Shown here piece by piece: positions 1-9,435 of a DNA stretch of 64,000 nt. Made by a program: the position numbers and the translations under genes. Origin of the DNA: Diplonema japonicum (lineage: Eukaryota; Protista; Euglenozoa: Diplonemea); the NCBI GenBank assembly GCA_964019335.1, contig OZ025685.1, positions 186,001 to 250,000 of the forward strand, written 5' to 3'. The notes under the pieces were generated by a model that ran no database searches, was not told the origin of the DNA, and saw only the letters and a list, made by a program, of their open reading frames with translations. Every line of letters starts with the position of its first letter. The stretch's first letter is position 1.

Positions 1-2
1 CT

Positions 3-2443
3 ATGTACCAGTACGACGCAAAAGTGACCCCTGAGGTGAAACAGCGAAGGCGCCACATTGCCCTCATAGAGGAGATCATGAAGGACCAGTACCCAGGGGT
101 GGAGTGTGTCGTGGCCAACGACACAATCTACACCAACCAGGAACTCAGGAACAATGACACTGTGTACAAACCCACCTTGGACTGGGCACAGAAGCTCTCC
201 ACCGAGTTCAAATTCGTAATGAAGAGGACAACAGAGATCACCACCACCAAGATCACACAGGACGTCATCACCATCTTCTCGAAGATCATGAAGAGCGTGC
301 TCGACAAGAGCAGCTTCCAAAGGATCGGCCGTGTCTACTACGACATGTCTAGGAAGAGAGAGATCCCTAGGATGAGGAAGTACATCGTCCCTGGTCTGTA
401 CATGACCCTCAGCCCGGCCCAGACGGCGTCGGGACTCTGCATCATGGTCGATGTTGTGCACAAGGTGATCAGCACGGACACTTGTTTCGAGGAGCTCCAG
501 CTGTCCGACAGAAAGAACCACAAGACTCTCGAATACAAAGTTAAGGACACGGTATGACAATGCCTGTGCTAACATGCAAATGACAACTCACAGGTCATGA
601 TGACCACCTACGACGCGAAGGACAAGAAGAAGCGCACTGTGCACATCGACGGTGTCGACACTTCCAAGAACGAGGACACTAAGCTCGATGAGGTATGAAC
701 AAAAAAAAAAAAAAGAAGAAGGGAAAAAAAAAAAAAAAAACAACACAGTTGAAGGGCATGACCATGAGGCAGTACGTGGAACAGACTTATAAAGAGACGG
801 TCCCGAAGGGGCAGCCTCTTCTGGTCCACAAAGCACTGAGGAAGAACAAGGAAACCGGTGAAATGGACACCGTGACAGAGTACTACCTTCCGAGCACTCT
901 GAGGGTGACAGGTCTTGCACCTGAGATCGGCGGGAGGGAAGTTAGGAAAAAGATGACTGAAATGTGCGCGGTGAAGCCCAACGAGAGGTTCAAGCTCATC
1001 AAGGAGATCGCACTGTCCTTCTTGGTCAAATTCAGGCCAGTTGGAGAAAAATGGGGTCTCGCTGCAAAGAAGGGCTTCCTCATTGCCGACTCCAGGAAAC
1101 TGAAAGACCCAACCATCGAGATGGCTCGGGGCTTCCAGAAGACAGGCACCTCGTGGAGGTTCGACGGCAGGACAACTGGCTGCATTGCGGTGGTGGAGCA
1201 GCTTGCCAACGTTCTTGTGGTGGTACCCAAGAGGAGCGAGGGGACATGGAGGGAAACGAAAAGGCTCTTCAACGAGACGCTGTCCAGATTTGCAGGAGGG
1301 AAAACCATCAGCATGAAGGAAGAATTTGTGGATGAATACAACGAGAAAACTGTTGCTAGCGCTATTGAGAAGTGGAAGGGCAAAGCCGACGAGTACCTGT
1401 TCATGGCTGACACATCCGACGAGAGAGTGTACGCGGCAGTGAAGAAGGCCTCACACAGTGCAGGCATCGCCTCACAGGTGGTCTTGAACAGCACACTCAC
1501 AGGCCCTAAAACCAACTCAGTCATCAGCAATGTATCGGCACAGATGCACGTGAAGAGGGGCAACCCCATCTGGAGGGTGAAGGACTGCAACTTCCCCGAC
1601 ACGATGGTGGTGGGAATCGCAACGCACCACCCTGGCGAAGGGTCAGGGAGAGGCATCACGAGCTCTATCATGTCGATCGCTTCCTCGAAAGACAGTGAAA
1701 TGAAGAACTACCACATGGGAAGGGTTGTGCTGCAAGCAGGTGCCACCATCTCGAAGGAACTGCAGGAGCCCTTCAGCTGCGCACTAAAGAAGTACCACGA
1801 TGTCAACAAGTCTTACCCAAAAGAGATTGTGTTCTTGAGGGAAGGCGGCTCCGAAGGTGAAATCCCTCTTATTATGTTGGAGGAGATTGCGAAGATCAAG
1901 AAGTGCCTGAAGGACATGGGTGTCACGGCGAAGGTCACCTTTTTCTTGGTCCTAAGGAACTCGCACCTCAGAATCGCTGCCTTCGAAAAGGTAGAGGTAA
2001 AGGTAGAGGGGAAAGAAAGTGAGGACGGTGCCAAAATCACTTCCAGTGGTGCCCCCCCCAGCGGCACTGTGATTGACTCCACAATTACTCACCCCAAAGC
2101 CTTCGAGTTCTTTCTTCTGTCGCAGGTTGCCAGCATCGGTAGCCCTTGTGCAGTGAAGTATAAGTGTCTCCATTTCGAAGGTGGAAAATTGAACCCTGAC
2201 AAATACCAAAGGCTTGTAAACAGTTTGGCCTCGCTGTATTATAATTGGCAAGGGCCCATTGCCTTGCCTGCACCCATCATGTACGCACAGAAAGACGCCA
2301 AGATGTCAGGCACTTGCTTGCTCCTGGATGGGAAGAACTTGGTGGCATCACCAACTGTCACTAAAGCAAAGTATGACCCGAATCGCTTTTTTTCCCCCCT
2401 CCCCCAACTATTAACCCTCCTCCACAGCATGCCAGGTATTTAG
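3..2443 (+). CDS. PIWI-clade Argonaute (N-PAZ-MID-PIWI), probably 5'-truncated by the window edge; exons <3-551, 594-692, 749-2370, 2428-2443
   Basis: Removing GTATGA..CAG introns 552-593, 693-748 and 2371-2427 joins the two ORFs in frame. PIWI-like motifs: CIMVDVVHKVISTDT, VMMTTY (PAZ), YYLPSTLRVTGL, VYAAVKK..GIASQVV..QMHVKRG (MID), PPSGTVID, FFLLSQ, YYNWQGPIALPAPIMYA. Confidence 0.93.
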
Positions 2444-2734
2444 TCGACGACCGGTTAGTATTCAGAATAGCAACCTTTTTTTACTGCTATTTATGGTTTT
2501 TTGAGGGGTTTTTTTTCTATCTGTTCTTTCCTTTTTGATGAAAAGCCAACCAAGGTGTCGGAACGTATGCAAAACTAGTGGGGCGAAACACTCGGGGGCC
2601 CGAGTTGCCAGGCAAAGCGTCTTGAAACACTTCCATCTCGTGGGGATGGCTTGGAAGTGGAGTTTTTTTTTAACAAAAGTGTGTGCAATTTCCCTCAAAA
2701 ATACTTTGAGGGAAAAACTGTTCATTAAAAAAAA

Positions 2735-2806
2735 TTCTCCTACGCGGATTCGAACCGCGGTCGCGGGATTCAGAGTCCCGAGTGCTAACCACTACACCAT
2801 AGGAGA
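2735..2806 (-). tRNA. trnQ-CUG: tRNA-Gln(CUG)
   Basis: Exact reverse complement of 3300-3371; followed by a T-run terminator on the minus strand. Confidence 0.93.
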
Positions 2807-2913
2807 TACGAAATCCGCTTTTTTTTTTTTTTTTTCAAAATACCAATGCAGGGCCGCCATGGAGAGCAACACCTGAGAAAAGGGAAAAAAAAGGTGAAGG
2901 GAAACCATGGGGA

Positions 2914-3124
2914 AATAGGGAGGGCAATGGACCAGGCTTCTGCAAGCAGGAGGAGCCCTGGTCCCCCACCAACCCGTGCTCTGCTTTGGGACAGCCGAAG
3001 AGGGCTGAATTACATTATTCCCTCAGTCAAGTGAGAGAAAAACGGGGGCCTACCTTCCAGCTGGATGTCCTTCTTTGGCTGGAACCTCCGGCGGAAAGCC
3101 CCCCAGGGAGGTATTGCTCCTATT
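2914..3124 (+). other. Structured GC-rich segment between the two tRNA-Gln genes; candidate ncRNA
   Basis: Closing stem 2914-2928/3113-3124; internal stems GGACCAGG/CCTGGTCC, CAGCC/GGCTG, GGGGGC/GCCCCC, TTCCAGC/GCTGGAA. G-U pairs favour the + strand. No family recognised. Confidence 0.35.
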
Positions 3125-3299
3125 GAGCGAATCATTGGTGAGTGTGAAAATAAAATAAAAAGGGGAAATGGGAAACAGTGAGAGGAAGGTGAAGGAAGGG
3201 AAAGGTGCTGGACTTGTTGGAAAATCCGAAGCAGACAAGACATTGTCGTAATTTTGTTGATGATACAACATTGTTAACCAATCGTCCGCGGTGGCAAGA

Positions 3300-3371
3300 T
3301 CTCCTATGGTGTAGTGGTTAGCACTCGGGACTCTGAATCCCGCGACCGCGGTTCGAATCCGCGTAGGAGAA
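3300..3371 (+). tRNA. trnQ-CUG: tRNA-Gln(CUG)
   Basis: Acceptor TCTCCTA/TAGGAGA, anticodon arm CGGGA-CTCTGAA-TCCCG, T arm CGCGG-TTCGAAT-CCGCG, then TTTTTT. Confidence 0.94.
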
Positions 3372-3432
3372 TTTTTTGTTTTTACAAGTTAACGCAGGTA
3401 ACAATACTGTAGTCAAACCAGGACTTACACAT

Positions 3433-3675
3433 ATGGCAACAGAAAACGAAGCACTTGCAAAAATGAGCTGGTTGTCAAAACATCGTTTTACTGCTGGGAC
3501 AGCGGGTTCCGAGACCCCTTATGCGATATCAAAATGTGGTGGAGAGCACTGCCCACAAGGATACAGCCAGGTGGAAACGTGCAGCGGAGGGGCATGTGGG
3601 TTGTGGGTTAAAGCTGCGGTGGGGGGCAAGCAATGTGAAAACGGACAAGTTAGATTGGTCTGCAGGAAGGACTGA
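3433..3675 (+). CDS. Small Cys/Gly-rich hypothetical protein (80 aa) or gene relic
   Basis: ATG-initiated ORF on the coding strand with 6 Cys; no recognisable domain. Confidence 0.3.
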   Translation: MATENEALAKMSWLSKHRFTAGTAGSETPYAISKCGGEHCPQGYSQVETCSGGACGLWVKAAVGGKQCENGQVRLVCRKD

Positions 3676-3771
3676 ATGAAACATTTTGTTTTCAGTTACA
3701 CGGTGGTGGGTTTCTTTCTTTCCACAGCTTTTGGAATTAGCATAAAACAACTCAATCCAGGCACCACGACC

Positions 3772-4245
3772 ATGGAGGCGCAAACGGAGTTAACAGCATT
3801 GCTGCTTGGAATGCTCGACAAGCTAGGTGTTGTAGTTCCTGAAGCAGTCAGACACAAGAGCGCCGCAGAAGTGGGACGGTGTGCATACGTAGGAGGGTGG
3901 CGTAAGGGGCGTGCCTTGAATGGAGAAGGAATATGGATGAGTGCAGTTGTGGTGTTGGGGGCAGCAGTCGCCAGTTGGAGAAGTGTTCTTCGATCTCATG
4001 AGTGTCCTGGAAAACCTTACTATAGCATCTTGGGTGCCACTCCAGACACAGACCGGGCGGCCTTGAAAAAACTCTACAAACTAGCATGTCTACAGTACCA
4101 CCCCGACCGCAACACCACACTCCCTCCTGTAGAGCAGACCGCTTTGCGTCAAAAATTCAATATTGCGACCGAAGCCTACTTATGTTTATCGGACAAGAGG
4201 AGACGGCGGGCCTTCGACCTTGAAGTCCTGCAATGCAAGATTTAA
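3772..4245 (+). CDS. J-domain (DnaJ/Hsp40 class C) protein with putative TM segment
   Basis: YYSILGA..LKKLYKLACLQYHPDRN..KFNIATEAYLCLSDKRRRRAFD with intact HPD; hydrophobic stretch upstream. Start could instead be 3676. Confidence 0.85.
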   Translation: MEAQTELTALLLGMLDKLGVVVPEAVRHKSAAEVGRCAYVGGWRKGRALNGEGIWMSAVVVLGAAVASWRSVLRSHECPGKPYYSILGATPDTDRAALKKLYKLACLQYHPDRNTTLPPVEQTALRQKFNIATEAYLCLSDKRRRRAFDLEVLQCKI

Positions 4246-4423
4246 TCGAGATTGGTTTTTTCTTCTTCTTTTTTCTTTCCATTTACATGGGGATGTTGCA
4301 GTAAGTTTTTTTTTTAAAGTACAGAAGTAAGTTATTCTTTTTTTTTTTCTTCTGATTCTTCTTCTTAGTTCTTGCCTCGTGAAATTCCTACAGGAGGAGG
4401 ACGGGGGCATCCAAAGAACTGAC

Positions 4424-6685
4424 ATGGACGGCTTGTTTGAGAGTGACAAAGCAAAGCTTCGCCCACCGCCGTCGTTCCTGAAGCAAGTGCCGGGGGGGTA
4501 CACCAGCACAGCAGCCATTCCAGCCACGACGAAAGTGGCGCTGGGAGGGTCTTCAGGGGGCACTACCACTTCAAAGCCTGTGACAAGGCCCAGAGAGCTG
4601 GCCCACGGAGGGAGCAGCCCCACGGGAGGAGGAGGGTATAGTAGTATGGGCCTGAAGTTCAGCGACAGGGTGAAACAAGTAGAGCCTTCGAGCAAGCCTA
4701 CTTATTCATCTGGTGCTCGCGATCTGCAAAGCTTGCCTGTCCACGTACAGATGCCGCAGCAACAAACCCACCAGCCGGTGCACCACTCACAGCAGAGCTA
4801 CGAAGATGAGCCAGAACACAGGGGCATGTTCACAGAGGTTAGGCCCGAGCTCACCGACCGACCCAGGGCTCCTTCCAAGCGCCGCTCGGATTCTAGAAAG
4901 ACGCCTGCGGGAGTCTTCCCTCCTGCGGGCAAGACGGGCGCTACGAGACAGAGGTCCCCTCAGCCACCTGGTTTGAAGACAAAAAACAGCACGCGTGTTC
5001 CGCAGACGGTCTCGAAAGGAATCGGGTCGAAGAGACGACCAACGGAACTGGAGCAGACCAAAGAGGCGATGGAGAAGATGAGGGTGACAATCGCAGAGCA
5101 GAAGAAGGACATTTGTATGCTTGAAGAGAAGCTCGACTACCAGCAGAACCAGTATGAGGAAGAACTAAACAGGCAGCACGAGGAGGCACAGGAAGCTGTC
5201 GACGAGCTGACGCACGAATTAGAAACGATGGAAGTGCAGAAGAACCAGGTAATCGCACGCCTGGAAGACGAGAGGAACAAAGCAGAAGCAGAGGTCGTCG
5301 CGAAAGAGTCAGAAATGGCGCAACAGAAGAAAATGATGCAGATGCGCATCGACTCCATCACAGAAGAGGCGAACAGTCGGATCGAAGAGTACGAAGATGT
5401 GATCAAGAAGTTCCAGGATGAAGTCGCGAGGCTAGAGGGCATTGTACAAGACAGGGATGAAACCATTCTCAGAATAGAGAGGGAGAGGGACGACAGGTAT
5501 CAGCAGTATGAGGAGTACCTTATGATCGGCGAGAAGAGCAGAGCGGAGCTACACAATGCCTTGGTAGAACTCAAGGGCAACATTCGTGTGTTCGCTAGGA
5601 TTAGGCCCATCTTGGACAAAGAAGTTGTGGCGAGAGGTGGAGACCCGTCGACACACTTTGAATACCCCGAAGGGACGGATCACAGAGGACTGCACGTCGT
5701 GGGGGTACAGGGCCACCAGTCGGTGATGGGCGGCAAGAACGAGCCGACAAAGACGCTCCCGTTCACTTTCAATAAAGTATTCGGCCCGAACAGCACGCAA
5801 GAGTCCGTCTTCGACGAGGTCGCACAGCTTGTACAGTCTGCTCTTGACGGGTACAGGGTCTGCATGTTCGCCTACGGCCAGACAGGATCGGGGAAAACCT
5901 TCACCATGGAGGGTCCGGACCCCGGGCACCGTTCCGACAAAAGCGGGATGATCGCAAGATCGGTGAACCAGATCTTCGAGAACACGCAGTGGAAGTCGAA
6001 ACAAACCGGGTTCACTTTCAAGTTGATCTGCTCTTTTGTGGAAATCTACAACGAGACCATCCATGACCTGCTTAACCCGCAGGAGTACTACTCGACTGGA
6101 CCCACAAACAGCCAGACTGTGAAGCATGAAGTGCGTATTCAGGACGGCGATGCTGTGATCAGTGGTGTACATGAAGAGGAGGTGATGAGCCAGGAACATG
6201 TGTACGAGCTGCTGAAGATCGCGAACGAGAACCGAAGGACGGCGGGGACGAAGATGAACGAGCGTGCGTCAAGGTCACACTCCGTGTTCATCATGAAGAT
6301 CCGGGGCTGGAACGAGGCCACGAGGCAGGAGATCAACGGACAGCTGAATTTGATCGATTTAGCGGGATCGGAGAGGCTGGCGAAGTCTCAGGCGGAGGGC
6401 GACCGTCTTCGCGAAACCCAGCACATCAACAAGTCTCTCGCCTGTCTTGGTGATGTCATTGCCGCTCTTGCAAAGGGTGGCGACACCCACGTTCCATTCA
6501 GGCAGTCCAAGCTCACCCATCTCCTCCAGCCGTCAATGACCAACGCTTCAAAAACCCTTATGTTTGTGAACATCAACCCCGTCCCCGACCATCTGCACGA
6601 ATCCCTGTGCTCGCTCCGCTTTGCGGCGAAAGTGAACTCCTGCGAGATTGGTATTGCCAGAAGGAAGATCAACAACAAGCAGTAG
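4424..6685 (+). CDS. Kinesin-14 (C-terminal motor; KIFC1/Kar3/Ncd type)
   Basis: Low-complexity tail, coiled-coil stalk, neck RAELHNALVELKGNIRVFARIRP, P-loop GQTGSGKT, NERASRSH, DLAGSE, HVPFRQSKLT. Exact start uncertain. Confidence 0.95.
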   Translation: MDGLFESDKAKLRPPPSFLKQVPGGYTSTAAIPATTKVALGGSSGGTTTSKPVTRPRELAHGGSSPTGGGGYSSMGLKFSDRVKQVEPSSKPTYSSGARDLQSLPVHVQMPQQQTHQPVHHSQQSYEDEPEHRGMFTEVRPELTDRPRAPSKRRSDSRKTPAGVFPPAGKTGATRQRSPQPPGLKTKNSTRVPQTVSKGIGSKRRPTELEQTKEAMEKMRVTIAEQKKDICMLEEKLDYQQNQYEEELNRQHEEAQEAVDELTHELETMEVQKNQVIARLEDERNKAEAEVVAKESEMAQQKKMMQMRIDSITEEANSRIEEYEDVIKKFQDEVARLEGIVQDRDETILRIERERDDRYQQYEEYLMIGEKSRAELHNALVELKGNIRVFARIRPILDKEVVARGGDPSTHFEYPEGTDHRGLHVVGVQGHQSVMGGKNEPTKTLPFTFNKVFGPNSTQESVFDEVAQLVQSALDGYRVCMFAYGQTGSGKTFTMEGPDPGHRSDKSGMIARSVNQIFENTQWKSKQTGFTFKLICSFVEIYNETIHDLLNPQEYYSTGPTNSQTVKHEVRIQDGDAVISGVHEEEVMSQEHVYELLKIANENRRTAGTKMNERASRSHSVFIMKIRGWNEATRQEINGQLNLIDLAGSERLAKSQAEGDRLRETQHINKSLACLGDVIAALAKGGDTHVPFRQSKLTHLLQPSMTNASKTLMFVNINPVPDHLHESLCSLRFAAKVNSCEIGIARRKINNKQ

Positions 6686-6730
6686 AGGGTCTTTTCTTTT
6701 TCTTTTTTTTCTTAGATAACACACTCACAT

Positions 6731-6774
<44 letters not shown>

Positions 6775-6800
6775 TACAGTACAAAAACTTTTTTCGAAAG

Positions 6801-6873
6801 CATGGTATACACGTTATTACAGGAAACTAATCGCCAAAACGAGCTTGGACACCCCCCGCAAAGACGCCAAAAT

Positions 6874-6921
<48 letters not shown>

Positions 6922-6974
6922 TTTCTTCGCGCTTTGTTATCGGGCATATTAGGTTCGTTAGCGTGTATACTATG
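6801..6974. mobile_element. MITE-like element with CAT(A/G)GTATACACG terminal inverted repeats (short copy)
   Basis: CATGGTATACACG 6801-6813 / CGTGTATACTATG 6962-6974; same termini as 42940-43467. Confidence 0.55.
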
Positions 6975-7868
6975 GTTTTCCCCCTTACTTTCCCCCCCTC
7001 CTCCCCTTCTTTTGCCCTCCTTTTTTTAATAGTAGACGTTGCCTCCGTGATTTATTTCTTTGATAATCTTTTGCGATTTTTCTATAAAAAAAAACAATAA
7101 AGAAACCCTTCCTGGTGGACACAATAGTACCAGTCATTGCAAGAAAAAAGAAAGATTGATCCTAAAATAGTCAAAAAAAAAATCACAGAAGCTATGTTTT
7201 GAAGGGAAAAAAAAGTAAAGTCCGTGGGCGATGTGCATGGAAAGGGATAGAGTCAGGGGGCGGGAAATGAAGAAAACTATAGAATTTTTTTTTCTCCTTT
7301 TGAAGGATAAATAGTAAAGATGTAACCAAGACGCTCTCCCCTTTTCTGCCCTTCTTTTTTTTTTTAAACTACTGTGTGATGGTACTTGCCCATTTTCTTT
7401 GTTCTAGTTTTTCTTTTATGTCTGGATTTTTACGTCTTTTTTTCTTCATTCTTTTTTTTTAGAATGTCTTCTTCTTTTTTTTTCTTTTTTTTTTTTGCAG
7501 GAGAAAAAAAAAAGACAGAAAAAAAAATACCCCCTCCTCCCTTGACCCACTCCCTTTCCCCCCTAGTTTTTCTTCGAAGCCGCCCACAAACAACCTTTAA
7601 AACGAAGAGGAAAAGGAAGAAGCGAGGAAAAAGAAAGAGAGAGAGAAAAAAAAAAAAAAAAAAAAAAAAAAACAGAAAAAGAATCAAATGACAAAACTCG
7701 AAAGTTCGCACTTTTAGAAAAAAAATATGTGGGCGCGCTCCCCCCTTCTTTTTCTCTTTCCCCCCCCTCTTCTTTTTTATTTCTGGATAAACTATTCACT
7801 CTAGGGGGCAAGCTGCCCACACGTGACCCACTTCCCCCCCCAAAAAAAAAGACAAAAGGAAGGGGAAA

Positions 7869-9170
7869 ATGGGAGGGCAGGGGAAGGGACAACACACAAA
7901 CCCAAGCGGGGTACGAAGAGGCACCGTGGGGAGAAGGGGCTCGCCCACACAACTCTCCATTCGTGTTCGCAGTGAAGAAGACCAGGGCGCAAAAGAAAAA
8001 CCCGTAGTCAAACAAGAAGCGACAAGCCCTCAGGGAAACAACAGCAGCATCCAGTCAACTGCACAGCACGTGGCGAAGGTGGCAATGACAGTACAAAACC
8101 CAGAACAAGACGAATACGTTAAGTGGGCAGGGCTTGTGAACAAAGAATTTGAAATAACTGACCACGGGAAAAGACTACTAGGAACATGCACAAGCTACAT
8201 CGTGATAGGCGTCTGCGGGCAGCCCGGCGTGGGGAAGACGAAACTCTGCAATGAAATGGTCCGCTCGGTGCTTCGTCGGAACCATATCGATCCGAGCACT
8301 CTTTCTCTGTCTTGTGCAAAGCCTTTCCCGGACACGTCCCCCTTTCTAGTCTCCATGGCGGTTGTTTCTATCGATCCTACTTCGCATGTGATTGTGATCG
8401 ACGCACAGGGTCTTCTCCATCCAGAGAGGCTTTGTTCTATGCTTCACACTGGGACGGGCAAGGATTTCGCTTCTGCAGAGCACAGTCTTCACCATCAGTC
8501 CGTTTGCACCGTGATGTTTCTCCTCTCCATCTGCAACACCTTGTTGTTTACCATGGACGGTGATACGCTCGTCGCGCCGACCGCCCACGCGTACCTCCAG
8601 CTTCTCCTCACCGCAAAATCCTTGAACCACGTTGTCCCGTCGGTATATTCTATTAAAAAGCGACAACCTGGGGGTTCGGGTAAACGGTATGGGTCTGTGT
8701 TCCAACCGCTTCCGGGTTACGAGCACGACGATGAAGGTGCGCAGGTGGGGCAGAAGGTTGTTAGCCACATCCCTGATCTGGTCCTGGTAGCGTCCCAGTC
8801 GGGGTCGAACAGTTTGCTGCATTCATCCTCTGTTGCAGAGGCAGTGAAAGAGTGCATTGAAGGGGGGTATCTAACACCTGCTGCGGACTTTAAGCCACCA
8901 CCGCATCAAGTTGAGGATGATAACCTGCAGCTTGTCACGCTGCCTATCACCACCGACACCTCGTACAGCTCTACGGTGGACGATCTCACAACGCGTGCGT
9001 GCCGTCCCTCGAAGAAGGCCATCTTCCAACGCCCCAAGAACACCAACACGAAGCTCACCGAGCAGGAGCTCTTCACAGCGATGGTCGTGCTTTGGGACAG
9101 GATCTCCCGCAGCAATCCTTACGTCAACGAGTACAACGAACAGCTCGAGAAACTCAACCTGTTCCGGTAG
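7869..9170 (+). CDS. SMG9: SMG9-like nonsense-mediated-decay factor (P-loop fold)
   Basis: YIVIGVCGQPGVGKT, VIVIDAQGLLHP, FLLSICNTLLF, HIPDLVLV and C-terminal LTEQELF..VLWDRISRS..EY match the SMG9 pattern. Confidence 0.75.
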   Translation: MGGQGKGQHTNPSGVRRGTVGRRGSPTQLSIRVRSEEDQGAKEKPVVKQEATSPQGNNSSIQSTAQHVAKVAMTVQNPEQDEYVKWAGLVNKEFEITDHGKRLLGTCTSYIVIGVCGQPGVGKTKLCNEMVRSVLRRNHIDPSTLSLSCAKPFPDTSPFLVSMAVVSIDPTSHVIVIDAQGLLHPERLCSMLHTGTGKDFASAEHSLHHQSVCTVMFLLSICNTLLFTMDGDTLVAPTAHAYLQLLLTAKSLNHVVPSVYSIKKRQPGGSGKRYGSVFQPLPGYEHDDEGAQVGQKVVSHIPDLVLVASQSGSNSLLHSSSVAEAVKECIEGGYLTPAADFKPPPHQVEDDNLQLVTLPITTDTSYSSTVDDLTTRACRPSKKAIFQRPKNTNTKLTEQELFTAMVVLWDRISRSNPYVNEYNEQLEKLNLFR

Positions 9171-9435
9171 ACCGCGGGCTGTGTTTCTATTCCGCCTGCA
9201 TGCAGAATGAAGCCTGATAGACCCTTTTCACTTTCTTTATTTATGGTTTTCATTTCTTTTTTCTTATTTCCTTTTTTTATTTTTTTTCCTTCTTCTTTTT
9301 CGTTCTATTTCTTATGTCCCTTCATCGATGAACAGGAGGGGAACACAAAGGAAGAAAAAGAAGAGAAGGGGTGGGGGAGGAGGGAAGAAAAGGAAATCGA
9401 AATCATCACGGAAATAAGAAAGAGAGCTGGTAACA

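Noticed and set aside
3030-3105. RNase MRP-like motifs (ACGGGGGCCTAC and GGAAAGCCCCC)
   Set aside because: Order is reversed relative to CR-I and CR-V; explained by a simple hairpin.
3-3371. Functional link between the Argonaute and adjacent tRNA genes, as in a prokaryotic defence operon
   Set aside because: Intron-containing eukaryotic PIWI; adjacency alone is not evidence of a system.
4287-4393. Upstream kinesin micro-exons (two GTAAGT donors)
   Set aside because: The joins I tried are out of frame with the kinesin ORF.
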